Shown here: positions 18,317 to 28,659 of the stretch, in pieces
Layout of the letters: each line of letters begins with the position of its first letter
Position numbering within the stretch: the stretch's first letter is position 1
Source: Candidatus Eiseniibacteriota bacterium
GTDB lineage: Bacteria; Eisenbacteria; RBG-16-71-46; SZUA-252
Assembly: GCA_963703225.1 (NCBI GenBank)
Contig: OY969801.1
Location: 1,536,001 to 1,600,000, forward strand
Length of the DNA: 64,000 bases
Direction: 5' to 3'
Translations under genes and position numbers: made by a program
The notes under the pieces: generated by a model
Database searches by the model: none
What the model saw: the letters and a program-made list of their open reading frames with translations, nothing else
Told to the model about the DNA's origin: nothing

Positions 18317-20741
18317 TCACTCCTCCGGACCCGACCGGACGGGCGCTCCGCGCACCACCGCGCCAAACGTGGCGCCGAGGGCGCGAAGGATCGAGTGGAT
18401 CGACGCGTCGACCTCCTGATCCTCGAGCGTCCGATCGGGAGCGCGAAATTCCAAGGCGTACGCCATGCTCTTATGGCCCGCCCCGATCGAACTCCCTTCA
18501 AAGACGTCGAATAGCTGAACCTGGCTCAGAAGCGCGCCGCCCGCCTCGCGAATCGTCCGATCGAGTTCCGCGTGCGGCGTTTCCTTCGGCACGATGACGG
18601 CAATGTCCCGCTTGGAGACGGGATATCGCGGGATCGCCCGATACCGCCGCCCCGCCGGCGCCTGCTCCGCCAAAGCCGCGACGTCGAAAATCGCGGCCCA
18701 TGCGGGCCGGTCGAGCCCGAGCGCCGCCCCAAGGGCCGGCGCCACTTCGCCGAAGTGTCCCAGGCGCCGCTCCGCGACCTCGAACGAGGCTCCGGTTCCG
18801 CGCTTCCAACAAGGATCATGGTAGGCGGCGGTCCGGGACGAGTCAATTCCCAATGCCTCGAGCAGCGCCTCCGCCGCGCCCTTGAGCTCGAGAAAGCGGT
18901 CCTCGTCCCGACCCGGGTGATCCCAATCTTCAGCGACCCCGGTCAGCAGCATCGCGGCTTCGTATCGCTCGGAACCCAGTGGGGGCGGGACCGCTCGAAA
19001 CACCTTTCCGACTTCGGTCAAGCGGACGTCGCCCACGCCGTGGTGCACGTTTCTGGCGGCCGCGTGAATCAACCCGGGGAGAAGGCCTACCCGCAGGTGT
19101 TTCAGCTCCCGGCTCATCGGATTTTGAAGCTCCCAGATCTCTTCGATCTTGATTCCTCCCAGAGCCTCGGCCGGGATCTCTCCGACCAGGCACGTATTCA
19201 ACGCTTGGTTAAATCCAAGCCCACAAGCGACGTCGACTAAATGCGTTACGAGGCGCTCGCTCGCCCCTCTATCGAGAGGCGGCGCGGCGGAGACGCGCAG
19301 CCGGCCCGGGATGCTGGCGTATCCGACAACACGGGCCACCTCCTCGATGAGGTCTTCCTCGATCTCAATGTCCAGTCGGTAGGAAGGGGCGCGAAAGCGC
19401 GCGACCGAGTCTCCATCCCTCCGAGCCCAGGCGCCCACCATTTCGATCCCCAGGGAACGCAGGGCGCGCGTCGCGTTCTCTTCGTCGACGGCGAGGCCGA
19501 GAAGGGCGCCCAGGCGGCGGTGGGAGAGCTCGATCGACGGCTGCTCCGAGCGTCCCGGCCACTGATCCACGCGCTTCGCGGAGACATCGCCCCCCGCGAT
19601 CTCGGCCAAGATCCGGGCCGTCGCGTCGAGCGCGTCCGCGACACCTTCGGGATCCACCCCCTGGGAGAATCGCTCCGCCGCGTCGCTCAGGATCCCGAGG
19701 GAGCGGGCGGTCTCCTTGGTCAGCGACGGGCTGAATTGCGCGGATTCGAGAACGACCGCCACCGTCGCGTCGGAAACCCCGGACTCCAGGCCCCCCATCA
19801 CCCCCGCCAGCGCCATCGGCCGCGCTTGGTCTGCGATCACGAGGTGGGACGGCTGAAGGGTGACGTCCCGGCCGTCGAGGAGACGCAAACGCTCGCCCTG
19901 CCGGGCGCGCCGCACGTGGATCGAGTTCCCTCCCACCTTGGAGGCGTCGAAGGCGTGGATCGGCTGTCCGAATTCGCGGAGCACGTAGTTCGTGGCGTCG
20001 ACGACGTTGTTGATGCTTCGAAAGCCCGCCGCTTCCAGGCGCTGACTCGAGCCAGGACGGCGACGGACCGACGCGAATCCCCCGCACCACGCGCGCCATG
20101 TACCGAGGGCAATCGGCCGCGTTCTCGATCGTCACCTGAGGCAAGGGGGCCATCCCCTCCGCGCGAAGCGGCCGCATCGGCTTCACCACCGACCCGCGGG
20201 CCGACGCGATTTCCCGCGCGAGGCCCCGCACGGACGCGCAGTCGGTGCGATTGGACGTGATCTCGACGTCGAGGGTGGTGTCGCTCGACCCGAGGAGCGC
20301 CGCGACCGGCGTGCCGATGCCCGGCTCGCCCGGAAGGACCCAAATCCCCTGCGATTCCTCGCTCAGCCCCAGCTCCCGCTCCGAACAGATCATTCCCTCG
20401 GACTCCACGCCGCGGATCTTGGTCCGGCGCAGTTTGGTCCCGTCCGGGAGGTGGGCACCGACCTGGGCGACCGCGACGCGCTGGCCGGCCGCGACATTGG
20501 GGGCGCCGCAGACGATCGAGAGGCGCGCGGAGCCGATGTCCACTTGGCAGAGGGTCAGCCGATCCGCATTCGGGTGGCGGGCTGCCTCCACGACCTGCCC
20601 GACGATGATGGCCGGATCGAGCGACTTGCCTGGCGTGAGCGACTGCACGGGAAAGCCCCGCATGGCGAGGAGATGGGCCAGCTCCTCCGGCTCGCCGGGG
20701 AGGTCGACCCAATCGCTAAGCCAGGTCCATGTCAGTTTCAC
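18317..20741 (-). CDS. pheT: Phenylalanine-tRNA ligase beta subunit; apparent +1 frameshift near 20045
   Basis: HPNADRL, IVCGAPN and RGVESEGMICS, then INNVVDATNYV, GQPIHAFD and DLIEEVAR in a second frame. Confidence 0.95.
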
Positions 20742-20750
20742 GCGGATCCC

Positions 20751-21764
20751 TCAGAATTGGCGGAGGAAGCGAATATCGTTTTCGAAAAAGAGGCGCAGGT
20801 CGGGTACGCCGTGTCGGAGCATGATGAGCCTCTCGATCCCGCCTCCGAAGGCGAATCCCGTCCAGCGGCGGGGGTCGTAGCCCACCGCGCGAAAGACGTT
20901 CGGGTGGACCATCCCAGCGCCGAGCACCTCCAGCCATCCTCCCGAGAGCGGGCCGCAGACCGAGCAGCCCTTTCCCGAGCAGAAGAAGCACCGGACGTCG
21001 ACGACGGCGCCTGGCTCGACAAAGGGGTAGTACGAAGGGGCGAATCGGGTCTCTGTCTTCGGCCCGAAGAAGTCCTTGAAGAATCGGTCGAGGGTTCCCT
21101 TCAGGTCGGCCATGCTCACGTCTTCGTCGACGTAGAGCCCCTCGATCTGATGGAATTCGAAATGGTGGGTGGCGTCGATCGCCTCGTTCCGATACGCCCG
21201 CCCGGGACAGATCAGCCGCACCGGCGGCGGGGTCTTCTCCATCACCCGAACCTGCACCGAGGACGTGTGGGCGCGGAGGAGCACGTCCGGCCTCAGGTAG
21301 AACGTGTCGGTGGCCGCCCGGGCCGGGTGCCCCGGGGGCATGTTGAGCGCCGTGAAATTGTGCCGGTCATCCTCCACGTCCGGCCCCGAGGCCACGCTGA
21401 AGCCGAGCCCATGGAAGATCTGCTCGATCTCCTCGATGACGGAATGGATGAGGTGATGGTGGCCGATCGGGGGGCGGCGTCCGGGGAGCGTGATGTCGCG
21501 ACGCACGTCGTCGCTCGAGATCGACCGAAGGCGCGCTTCCGCTTCCGAAAGGAGCGACTCGAGCCGGACCTTGGCTTCGTTGGCGCGCGCGCCCGCTTCG
21601 GCCCGCGATCGGGGATCGAGGTCCTTGAGACCCCGGAGAATCTGGGTCAGCTCGCTCTTGCGGCCCAGATAGCGAACGCGCGCCGCTTCGAGCTCCGAGG
21701 CCGTGGCGGCCCCGGATAACGCGCGCTCTCCCTCGGCACGGAGGGCGTCAATCCGCTCGATCAC
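20751..21764 (-). CDS. pheS: Phenylalanine-tRNA ligase alpha subunit
   Basis: HPAR, LRAHTS, FHQIEG and GFAFGGGIER. Confidence 0.97.
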   Translation of the reverse strand: MIERIDALRAEGERALSGAATASELEAARVRYLGRKSELTQILRGLKDLDPRSRAEAGARANEAKVRLESLLSEAEARLRSISSDDVRRDITLPGRRPPIGHHHLIHSVIEEIEQIFHGLGFSVASGPDVEDDRHNFTALNMPPGHPARAATDTFYLRPDVLLRAHTSSVQVRVMEKTPPPVRLICPGRAYRNEAIDATHHFEFHQIEGLYVDEDVSMADLKGTLDRFFKDFFGPKTETRFAPSYYPFVEPGAVVDVRCFFCSGKGCSVCGPLSGGWLEVLGAGMVHPNVFRAVGYDPRRWTGFAFGGGIERLIMLRHGVPDLRLFFENDIRFLRQF

Positions 21765-21779
21765 GGGCAGATGATTCGG

Positions 21780-22142
21780 CTAGGCCGCGGCGTGCGCTTG
21801 TTTGGCTACCTCGGCCAGGCGGGCAAAAGCCTGGTTGTCGCGGACGGCTAGGTCGGCAAGCACTTTCCGATCAATCTCGACCTGAGCCGATTTGAGGCCC
21901 CGGATGAAGGCGTTGTAGGAAAGTCCGTGGAGCCTCGCCGCGGCGTTGATCCGGACGATCCAGAGTTTGCGGAATTCGCGCTTCTTGGCCCGGCGGTCGC
22001 GGTAGGCGAATTGGAGGCTCCGCATGAGCGTCTCGCGGGCCGTCTGATAGAGCTTCCGGCGGCCGCCGCGGTTTCCCTTCGCCGCGACCATGACCTTGCG
22101 GCGGCGCTTGCGACCCGGAACAACCGTCTTTGTGCGTGGCAT
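21780..22142 (-). CDS. rplT: 50S ribosomal protein L20
   Basis: [22 protein letters not shown] and [10 protein letters not shown]. Confidence 0.97.
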   Translation of the reverse strand: MPRTKTVVPGRKRRRKVMVAAKGNRGGRRKLYQTARETLMRSLQFAYRDRRAKKREFRKLWIVRINAAARLHGLSYNAFIRGLKSAQVEIDRKVLADLAVRDNQAFARLAEVAKQAHAAA

Positions 22143-22178
22143 CGTTCGTACCTCAGGTGGCGGCCGAAGCCGTGGAGG

Positions 22179-22379
22179 TCAGCCGCCGTAGGGTAGGAGC
22201 TTTTGAATGTGACGGCGCTCGGTCGATTCCGTGATCGCCGAGGCGTTGAGACGGCGCTTCCGCTTCCGTGATTTCAATCCGAGATGGTGTCGCGCGAACG
22301 CGTGCCCGCGCTTCACCTTTCCGGTGCCGGTCCGCTTGAACCGCTTCGCGGCGGCCCGGCTTGTCTTCATCTTGGGCAT
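22179..22379 (-). CDS. rpmI: 50S ribosomal protein L35
   Basis: MPKMKTSRAAAKRFKRTGTGK. Confidence 0.97.
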   Translation of the reverse strand: MPKMKTSRAAAKRFKRTGTGKVKRGHAFARHHLGLKSRKRKRRLNASAITESTERRHIQKLLPYGG

Positions 22380-22387
22380 CGTGGCTC

Positions 22388-22981
22388 CTAGGGTTTCGGC
22401 GCCGGGCGCTTGGCCGGTGCCGCGCTTGCAACCGTCTGCGGCTTCTTCTCAGGCGGACGTCCGGTCGTGGGCTTGGGCACCATCAGAAGCACCATGCTCC
22501 GGCCCTCCATCCGCGCCGGAATCTCGACCTGGCCCACCGCCTCGAGGTCCTTCACGACGCGCTCGAGGATGCGATGGCCGGCCTCCGGATGGGCCAATTC
22601 CCGCCCTCGAAACGTCACGGTGAATTTGACCTTGTCGTGCAGCTCGAGGAAACGCCGGCCGTGTTCCACCTTGAAGGCGTAGTCGTGGGCCTCGATCTTC
22701 GGACGAAGCTTCACTTCCTTGAGGTGCGTGACGTGCTGCTTTCGCTTCGCTTTCTGCTGCTTCTTGTTCTGCTCGTACTTGAACTTCCCGAAGTCCATCA
22801 CCCGGCAGACGGGAGGCTTGGCCGTCGGCGAAACCTCGACCAAGTCCAGCTGGCGCTCCTGCGCGTACGCCAGTGCCTCTCTGATTCCCAGGATTCCCAC
22901 CTGCTCCCCGTCGGGCCCGATGACGCGAACCGACGGGATCCGGATGCGATCGTTGACCCGGACTTCCTTGGTTGCGGCGAT
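22388..22981 (-). CDS. infC: Translation initiation factor IF-3, probable ATC start
   Basis: RVNDRI, DLVEVSPTAKPPVCRVMDFGKFKYE and FRGRE. GAGGAGG lies 9 nt before an in-frame ATC. Confidence 0.93.
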   Translation of the reverse strand: MAATKEVRVNDRIRIPSVRVIGPDGEQVGILGIREALAYAQERQLDLVEVSPTAKPPVCRVMDFGKFKYEQNKKQQKAKRKQHVTHLKEVKLRPKIEAHDYAFKVEHGRRFLELHDKVKFTVTFRGRELAHPEAGHRILERVVKDLEAVGQVEIPARMEGRSMVLLMVPKPTTGRPPEKKPQTVASAAPAKRPAPKP

Positions 22982-23044
22982 AGTCTCTTCCCTCCTCGTG
23001 TCAGGGGAACGCGCGTCTGGCAGGAGCCCGGCTCGGGCGGAAAT

Positions 23045-23165
23045 CGGCGGGGGGCGCATGGGCACCTTACCCGCGGCGTGGCCCCGCTTTCGCGAAGGCG
23101 CTTCGCCTCAAAAACCCCGGTAGCGTTGCGCCTCGGGGTGAGAAGCCGGTGGCTCCTGCTTAAAC
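23045..23165 (-). promoter_or_regulatory. L20 ribosomal protein leader (cis-regulatory RNA)
   Basis: AAGCAGGAGCCACCGGCTTCTCACCCC resembles the 5' conserved block of the L20 leader as recalled. It is followed by hairpins, directly upstream of infC-rpmI-rplT. Confidence 0.7.
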
Positions 23166-23182
23166 CTCAACGACGCCGGAGT

Positions 23183-25099
23183 CTACGATCTCGCGGCGAT
23201 CTCGGCAACGAGTTTTTCCACGAAGGCTTCGAGCGGGACGCTTCCCTCGTTGCCCTTCTTCCGGCTCCGGACCGAGACCGCCCGGTTCTCCACTTCCTGC
23301 CGTCCCAGGACCAGCATGTAGGGGATCTTGAGCATCTCGGCGTCCCGGATCTTGGCCCCCATCTTCTCCTCGCGAAGATCGGCTTCGACCCGGATGCCGC
23401 GGTCCAAGAGCAGCTTTCGGATCTCCTCGGCATAGGGAATCTGGGCGTCCGCGATCGTGATCAGCTGGACCTGGACGGGGGCGATCCAGACCGGGAAGTC
23501 CCCGCCGAAGTGTTCGATCAAGGTCGCGAAGAACCGCTCCATGGAGCCCAGGAGCGCCCTGTGGATCATGTAGACGGGATGGTCCTGCCCGTCCGGGCCG
23601 ACGTAGCGGACCTCAAAACGGCGCGGCAGGTTGAAATCGAACTGGATGGTCGAGCACTGCCACGGGCGGCCCAGGGCATCGGTCAGCTTGATATCGATCT
23701 TGGGCCCGTAGAAAACCGCCTCCCCCTCCGCGCGGTGGTACTGGAGCCCGGAGCGCTCCACCACGCGCTGGAGCGCGCCCTCGGCCAGCTCCCATTCCTC
23801 GTCGGAGCCGAGGTAGTCCTGCTTCCGCTTGGGATCCCGCACGCTCAGGTCTACCTGGTACTGATGGAAGCCGAAGGTGTCGAGCATGAACCGCGCGAAG
23901 CCGAGGACTCCCTCCAGCTCGGTCTCCACCTGCTCCGGAGTGCAGAACAGGTGCGCGTCGTCCTGCGTGAATCCCCGAACGCGGGCCAGCCCATGGAGCA
24001 CGCCCGATTTCTCGTACCGGTAGACGGTGCCCAGCTCCGCGATCCGGATCGGCAGCTCCCGGTAGGAGTGCTTCTTCCGCTGGTAGATCAGCACGTGGAA
24101 CGGACAGTTCATCGGCTTCAGCACGTACTCTTTGCGATCGATTTCCAGGAAGTACATGTTGTCGCGGTAAAAGTCGGTGTGTCCCGAGCGCTGCCAGAGA
24201 TCGACCTGGGCGATGTGGGGCGTGGTCACCAGGGTGTAGCCCCGCTTCAAGTGCTCCGATTTCCAGAATTCCTCGATCACGCCCCGCATGGCGGTCCCGT
24301 GCGGGTGCCAGAAGATGAGGCCGCCGCCGGCCTCCTCCTGAACGCTGTAGAGGTCGAGCGCGGCGCCGACTTTCCGGTGATCCCGGAGCTTGGCCTGCTC
24401 GATGCGGTTCAAGTGCTCCTTCAGCGCCTCCTTGGTCGGGAACGCCGTCCCGTAGATGCGCTGAAGCATCGGTCTCGAGGAGTCGCCCCGCCAGTACGCG
24501 CCGGCAACGCTCAGGAGCTTGAAATGACGGAGCATCTTGGTCCGCGGCACGTGGGGCCCGCGGCAGAGGTCGGTAAAGAAGGAGTGTGTGTAGGTGCTGA
24601 CCTTGGGATCGGGGATGCCCTCGATCAGCTCCACCTTGAAGGGCTCGTTCTCCTCGCGGAACTTTCGGAGCGCCTCCTCCCGGCCCAACTCCCCGCGCTG
24701 GAACTGGTGGTTCTCGTCCGCGATGGTGTGCATCCACTCTTCGATCCGCGCGAGGTCCTCCGGCTGAAATGGCCGGTCGACCTGGAAGTCGTAGTAAAAG
24801 CCCTCATCGATGGCGGGGCCGATGGCGAGCTTTGCCTCCGGGAAGAGCTTCACCACGGCCGAGGCCATGAGGTGCGAGGTGGAGTGGCGGAGAACCGCGA
24901 GCCCTTCGGGTGCTTCCACCGGGACGAATTCCACCCGCCCCGACTCGTGGATCGGGGTGTGGAAATCCACGATCCTGCCGTTCAGCCTGGCCGCGACCCC
25001 GAGGCGAAAACCCTCCTGGTATTGCCCGTGGAGGATGGCGCCGAGCGTGCTGCCCTCGTCCGCCTTGAGACTGCGGCCGTCGATCTGGAGTTCAATCAT
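23183..25099 (-). CDS. thrS: Threonine-tRNA ligase
   Basis: HSTSHL, DLCRGPH, RDHRK, KPMNCP and RVRGFTQDDAH. Confidence 0.97.
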   Translation of the reverse strand: MIELQIDGRSLKADEGSTLGAILHGQYQEGFRLGVAARLNGRIVDFHTPIHESGRVEFVPVEAPEGLAVLRHSTSHLMASAVVKLFPEAKLAIGPAIDEGFYYDFQVDRPFQPEDLARIEEWMHTIADENHQFQRGELGREEALRKFREENEPFKVELIEGIPDPKVSTYTHSFFTDLCRGPHVPRTKMLRHFKLLSVAGAYWRGDSSRPMLQRIYGTAFPTKEALKEHLNRIEQAKLRDHRKVGAALDLYSVQEEAGGGLIFWHPHGTAMRGVIEEFWKSEHLKRGYTLVTTPHIAQVDLWQRSGHTDFYRDNMYFLEIDRKEYVLKPMNCPFHVLIYQRKKHSYRELPIRIAELGTVYRYEKSGVLHGLARVRGFTQDDAHLFCTPEQVETELEGVLGFARFMLDTFGFHQYQVDLSVRDPKRKQDYLGSDEEWELAEGALQRVVERSGLQYHRAEGEAVFYGPKIDIKLTDALGRPWQCSTIQFDFNLPRRFEVRYVGPDGQDHPVYMIHRALLGSMERFFATLIEHFGGDFPVWIAPVQVQLITIADAQIPYAEEIRKLLLDRGIRVEADLREEKMGAKIRDAEMLKIPYMLVLGRQEVENRAVSVRSRKKGNEGSVPLEAFVEKLVAEIAARS

Positions 25100-25134
25100 G
25101 GGATGGGGATTCTTCCGTTTCAGTCCGGATGAGG

Positions 25135-25211
25135 TGGTGGGCGATAGAGGACTTGAACCTCTGACCTCCTGCATGTCAAGCAGGCACTCTAACCAGCTGA
25201 GCTAATCGCCC
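25135..25211 (-). tRNA. tRNA-Val(GAC)
   Basis: Cloverleaf GGGCGATTAGCTCAG...CCTGC-TTGACAT-GCAGG...GGTTCAAGTCC...CCA. Confidence 0.97.
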
Positions 25212-25248
25212 GTCATTTCAATTGTTGGCGCATAACAGCCGTCGGGCG

Positions 25249-25276
25249 ATTCTAGCCGATCGGAGGCTCGAGTCAA
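25249..25276 (-). promoter_or_regulatory. Putative sigma-70 promoter for tRNA-Val/thrS
   Basis: TTGACT-N16-TAGAAT. Confidence 0.6.
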
Positions 25277-26922
25277 GGCGCTTGCGCGCCTCCCTCGGCG
25301 GGTTTCACTTCGTATACGAGGGCTCCCCCGCTCTCGAAGACCCGAACAAAGCCCGGAACCTCGGACCCGGACGCGAACGGCCGCATCCCCGCCCGCATCG
25401 CCAGCTCCGCGCCCGAGACCAGGACGTAGCGTGCCCGTTCTCTCATCGCCACCGCGTGGAGCGAGTCGGGCGTCTCGAACTGCGGCAGGGGCACGAAGCG
25501 CATCTTCGCCATGAACGCGGCGTGGGGCTTCCGGGCGAGCAGGGCCTCGCCCTGGGTGTGATCCCGGAGATAGGCGACCGCCGGCAGGAGCTCGTAGGGC
25601 CCCGCCTTGAGCTGCTCCGGGTTCGCCGGATTTTCCGTCCACTGGTAGGCCTGCAGCGCCGTGGTGAGCCAGACCGCCAGAAAGACGAAGACCCGGAGCG
25701 GGAATACGCGTTCGATCGACCGGAGCCGCCGGCCGAGCGTGTGCGAGAAGTAAGGCCACGCCGCGAGCAGGAGCCAAAACGCGAGGAGAGGGAGCGAGAA
25801 ACGTTTGCCATAAAACACGGGCACAAGGGTCAGGAAGTAGAGTCCCCACAAGACCGCGTACCCCCCGACCCGCCGGCCGGGCCGCTCGCGAAGGAGCAGG
25901 AATCCCCCGATCAGCGCGAGCCCGCCCCAGATGGCCGGAAGCAGCTCAGTCAGATCGCGGCGCAGGTGCTCCGCCAGATTCTTGACCATCACCGCCGCGA
26001 AGCGCGGCGGGTCCAAGCGCACGACGTCCGCGAAGGACGTAATCTTGCGGTCTCCGCCGTAGAAGAACTTCTCCCAGTTCCCCTCTCCGTACACCGCGTA
26101 GCCGACGTTCACGTAGTTCGAGTTCGTAAGCGGATTGCCGGTGTGGGCGGCGTTCACGAAAAGCCACGGGAGCGCCGCCAAGAGAAAGCCGGCGCTCCAG
26201 ACGCCGGCGAGGCGAAGCCTCGAGGCCAGCGGACCCTCCACGGTCCGGAGGGAGAGCAGAGCGAGGAGCGCCCCGGGCCAGAGGAAGAGTCCGTTGTATC
26301 GCGTCGAAAATGCCCAGCCGCCGAGGAGTCCGGAGCCAAGAAGGGCGAGTGCGCCCGGATTGCCGCGGCCGAGGAGGAGGGAGATCGAACCCATGACGAC
26401 CGCGAAATAGAACATGTCGGTGCCAACCTCGTACGTGTTCGCGAGGAAGGTCTCGTTCGAGAGCAGGAGCAAGAGACTCCCCAGGGCCACGGCTGGCCCG
26501 AGCAGGCTTCGATGGAGCCGATACAAGAGGAGGCCCGTGAGAACAGCGCAGAGGAGCGCGAGACATTGGGCCGCGCGGAACGGCTCCGGGCCGAAGAGCG
26601 AGACCAGCGCCACGGCCGCGGGATAACCCCAGCCTTTGGAATCGTAATTCTCGATCTGGACGCGCCCGTGCAGCAGGTCGCGGGCCGCCGGGCCGTACTT
26701 CCAGTAGAAGTCGGTCTCCACCGCGTAATTTCCGATCCGATGATCAGTGAATACCTTGACGCCCCAGTAGGCCGCGAACACCGCGAGCAGGGCGTACGCG
26801 ATCCAGCGGGTCCAGCGGAGGGAAGGACCGGGTGGCGCGTCGGCCAGCGATGGCGTGCGGTCCCGGCCCGTTTCCTTGACCCGCGCGCGGCGGCGGGGGG
26901 TGCCCCGGGGAGGCGGCGGCAT
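25273..26922 (-). CDS. Polytopic membrane protein, probable GT-C fold glycosyltransferase (ArnT/PMT-like)
   Basis: Many hydrophobic segments, acidic ETD motif after the first TM helix, GYP motif and a C-terminal soluble domain. Confidence 0.65.
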   Translation of the reverse strand: MPPPPRGTPRRRARVKETGRDRTPSLADAPPGPSLRWTRWIAYALLAVFAAYWGVKVFTDHRIGNYAVETDFYWKYGPAARDLLHGRVQIENYDSKGWGYPAAVALVSLFGPEPFRAAQCLALLCAVLTGLLLYRLHRSLLGPAVALGSLLLLLSNETFLANTYEVGTDMFYFAVVMGSISLLLGRGNPGALALLGSGLLGGWAFSTRYNGLFLWPGALLALLSLRTVEGPLASRLRLAGVWSAGFLLAALPWLFVNAAHTGNPLTNSNYVNVGYAVYGEGNWEKFFYGGDRKITSFADVVRLDPPRFAAVMVKNLAEHLRRDLTELLPAIWGGLALIGGFLLLRERPGRRVGGYAVLWGLYFLTLVPVFYGKRFSLPLLAFWLLLAAWPYFSHTLGRRLRSIERVFPLRVFVFLAVWLTTALQAYQWTENPANPEQLKAGPYELLPAVAYLRDHTQGEALLARKPHAAFMAKMRFVPLPQFETPDSLHAVAMRERARYVLVSGAELAMRAGMRPFASGSEVPGFVRVFESGGALVYEVKPAEGGAQAP

Positions 26923-27935
26923 CAGAGGGTGCGGCCGACCGCCTCGGCGATCAGCCGGATCTGCCCCGCGAGGGCGGCGAACTGCTCCGGGTAGAGCGAT
27001 TGCTGTCCATCGCAAATGGCTCGCTCAGGCTCATGGTGAACCTCGACGAGGAGCCCGTCCGCGCCGGCCGCGATCGCGGCGCGCGCGAGCGGCACAACCT
27101 TATCCCGGACGCCCGCCGCGTGGCTCGGATCCACGATCACCGGGAGATGGCTCAGGGACTTGGCGACCGCGACGGCATTGAGGTCGAGCGTGTTTCGGGT
27201 GTAGGTCTCGTAGGCGCGGATGCCCCGCTCGCAGACGAGAACGCGGTCGTTGCCCCCGGAAATGACGTACTCCGCGCTCATGAGCCACTCATCGACGGTG
27301 GCGGCGATGCCTCGCTTGATCAACACGGGGCGCTCCACCCTTCCCAGCTCGCGCAGGAGGGGGTAGTTCTGCATGTTGCGCGCGCCTACCTGGAAGATAT
27401 CCACGTACGCATCCATGAGCAAGATCTGGCTCTTGTCCATGATCTCGGAGATGACGAGCAGCCCTTCGGCGTCCGCCACGCGCCGGATCAGCTTCAGCCC
27501 CTCCTCCCCAAGCCCCTGAAACGAGTAGGGAGAGGTCCGCGGCTTGAATGCCCCGCCTCGCATCACCCGCGCTCCGGCGGCCCGGACCACCGCGGCGGTC
27601 TTCACCATCTGCTCTTCGGACTCGATGGTGCAGGGCCCAGCCATGAGCACGATCGACGAGCCGCCGATCTCCACGTCACCGATCCGGATGACGCTCGTCT
27701 CGCGGCGAAACGTGCGGCTCGCCAATTTGAAGGGCTCGGGAATGTGGCGAACCTCGGCGATTCCGGGCAGGGCGCGGATCTCGTCGAGGGATGGCATGGT
27801 CCCCTCTCCTACCGCGGCGAGGACGACCTGGGATTCGCCGGGCGCGACAACGATCTGGAATCCCAGCTCGCGGAAGCGTGACTCGACCGCGTGACGTTGT
27901 TCCGGCGACGCATCGGCGCGAAGGACGATAACCAT
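26922..27935 (-). CDS. aroF: DAHP synthase type I-beta with N-terminal ACT-like regulatory domain
   Basis: AGPCTIES, RGGAFKPRTSPYSFQGLG, GARNMQN and DPSH. Confidence 0.95.
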   Translation of the reverse strand: MVIVLRADASPEQRHAVESRFRELGFQIVVAPGESQVVLAAVGEGTMPSLDEIRALPGIAEVRHIPEPFKLASRTFRRETSVIRIGDVEIGGSSIVLMAGPCTIESEEQMVKTAAVVRAAGARVMRGGAFKPRTSPYSFQGLGEEGLKLIRRVADAEGLLVISEIMDKSQILLMDAYVDIFQVGARNMQNYPLLRELGRVERPVLIKRGIAATVDEWLMSAEYVISGGNDRVLVCERGIRAYETYTRNTLDLNAVAVAKSLSHLPVIVDPSHAAGVRDKVVPLARAAIAAGADGLLVEVHHEPERAICDGQQSLYPEQFAALAGQIRLIAEAVGRTL

Positions 27936-28007
27936 CCGCTCCTCAGACGCAGAAATGCCCATCGCCGGACCTTCGGCGACGGGCTGTGGTCTCGGGGCAC
28001 AGACGGT

Positions 28008-28036
28008 AGGCTACACCGTCAGCCCCGACGGGTCAA
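28008..28036 (-). promoter_or_regulatory. Putative sigma-70 promoter for aroF
   Basis: TTGACC-N17-TAGCCT. Confidence 0.55.
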
Positions 28037-28653
28037 ACTCCGTCAGGCCGCGGGTCGTCCTCGACCGTGTAGAAGGAGAACGCGATCCACTTTCCGGAAG
28101 GAATCTTGAGGAGGCGAAGGATGACCTCGCGGTCCACCGGATGGGGGCCGACCAGCTCGCCCGCGTATCGCACCCTCATTCGAACCGCGCGAGTCTCGAC
28201 CTGTGCCCCCGAGCCGGCAAGCGAATCGGGCCGCGACGCCGCCACCGCGCGGGACGCGTTCCGGTAGGTGATATGGAGCCGGCCGGCCCGGCGGGACGTT
28301 TGGAAAAGCTCATCACGGTCGCCGCCCTCGGACCGGATCCACAGGGAGTCGGCACGCTGCTGCTGCCACCCGGAGGCGACAACCATCGAATCGAGCTTCG
28401 CCACCGAAATGTGTCGCGGCGCCTCGATACGAAGGACGTTCCCCCCTTGAATTGACTGGACCGGTACCAGACACGTCGCCCGATTCCGGATTTCGTCGAA
28501 ATCCTTCCTCGCCAGTGCGGCCATGTAGCGCTCCGCCGCGAGCCGCACCTCGCGGACATCGAGGGGCTCGCGCGCGCATCCGCTCCCGATGACAAGGCCG
28601 AGGGCGGCCCATGCCGCCAGGGAGCCTCGGAGACGGCCCATCGTGGTCCGCAT
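28033..28653 (-). CDS. Hypothetical lipoprotein
   Basis: Signal peptide with lipobox-like LVIGSGC; fills the gap between its neighbours. Confidence 0.7.
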   Translation of the reverse strand: MRTTMGRLRGSLAAWAALGLVIGSGCAREPLDVREVRLAAERYMAALARKDFDEIRNRATCLVPVQSIQGGNVLRIEAPRHISVAKLDSMVVASGWQQQRADSLWIRSEGGDRDELFQTSRRAGRLHITYRNASRAVAASRPDSLAGSGAQVETRAVRMRVRYAGELVGPHPVDREVILRLLKIPSGKWIAFSFYTVEDDPRPDGV

Positions 28654-28659
28654 CGAGCG

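Noticed and set aside
20950..21000. CxxCxGxGCxxC insert in PheS
   Set aside because: Common feature of many bacterial PheS proteins.
22361..25132. 923-aa plus-strand ORF and many other long plus-strand ORFs (e.g. 2941-4569, 50581-52509, 56654-58693)
   Set aside because: Antisense shadows of well-supported minus-strand genes, expected at high GC; no family motifs.
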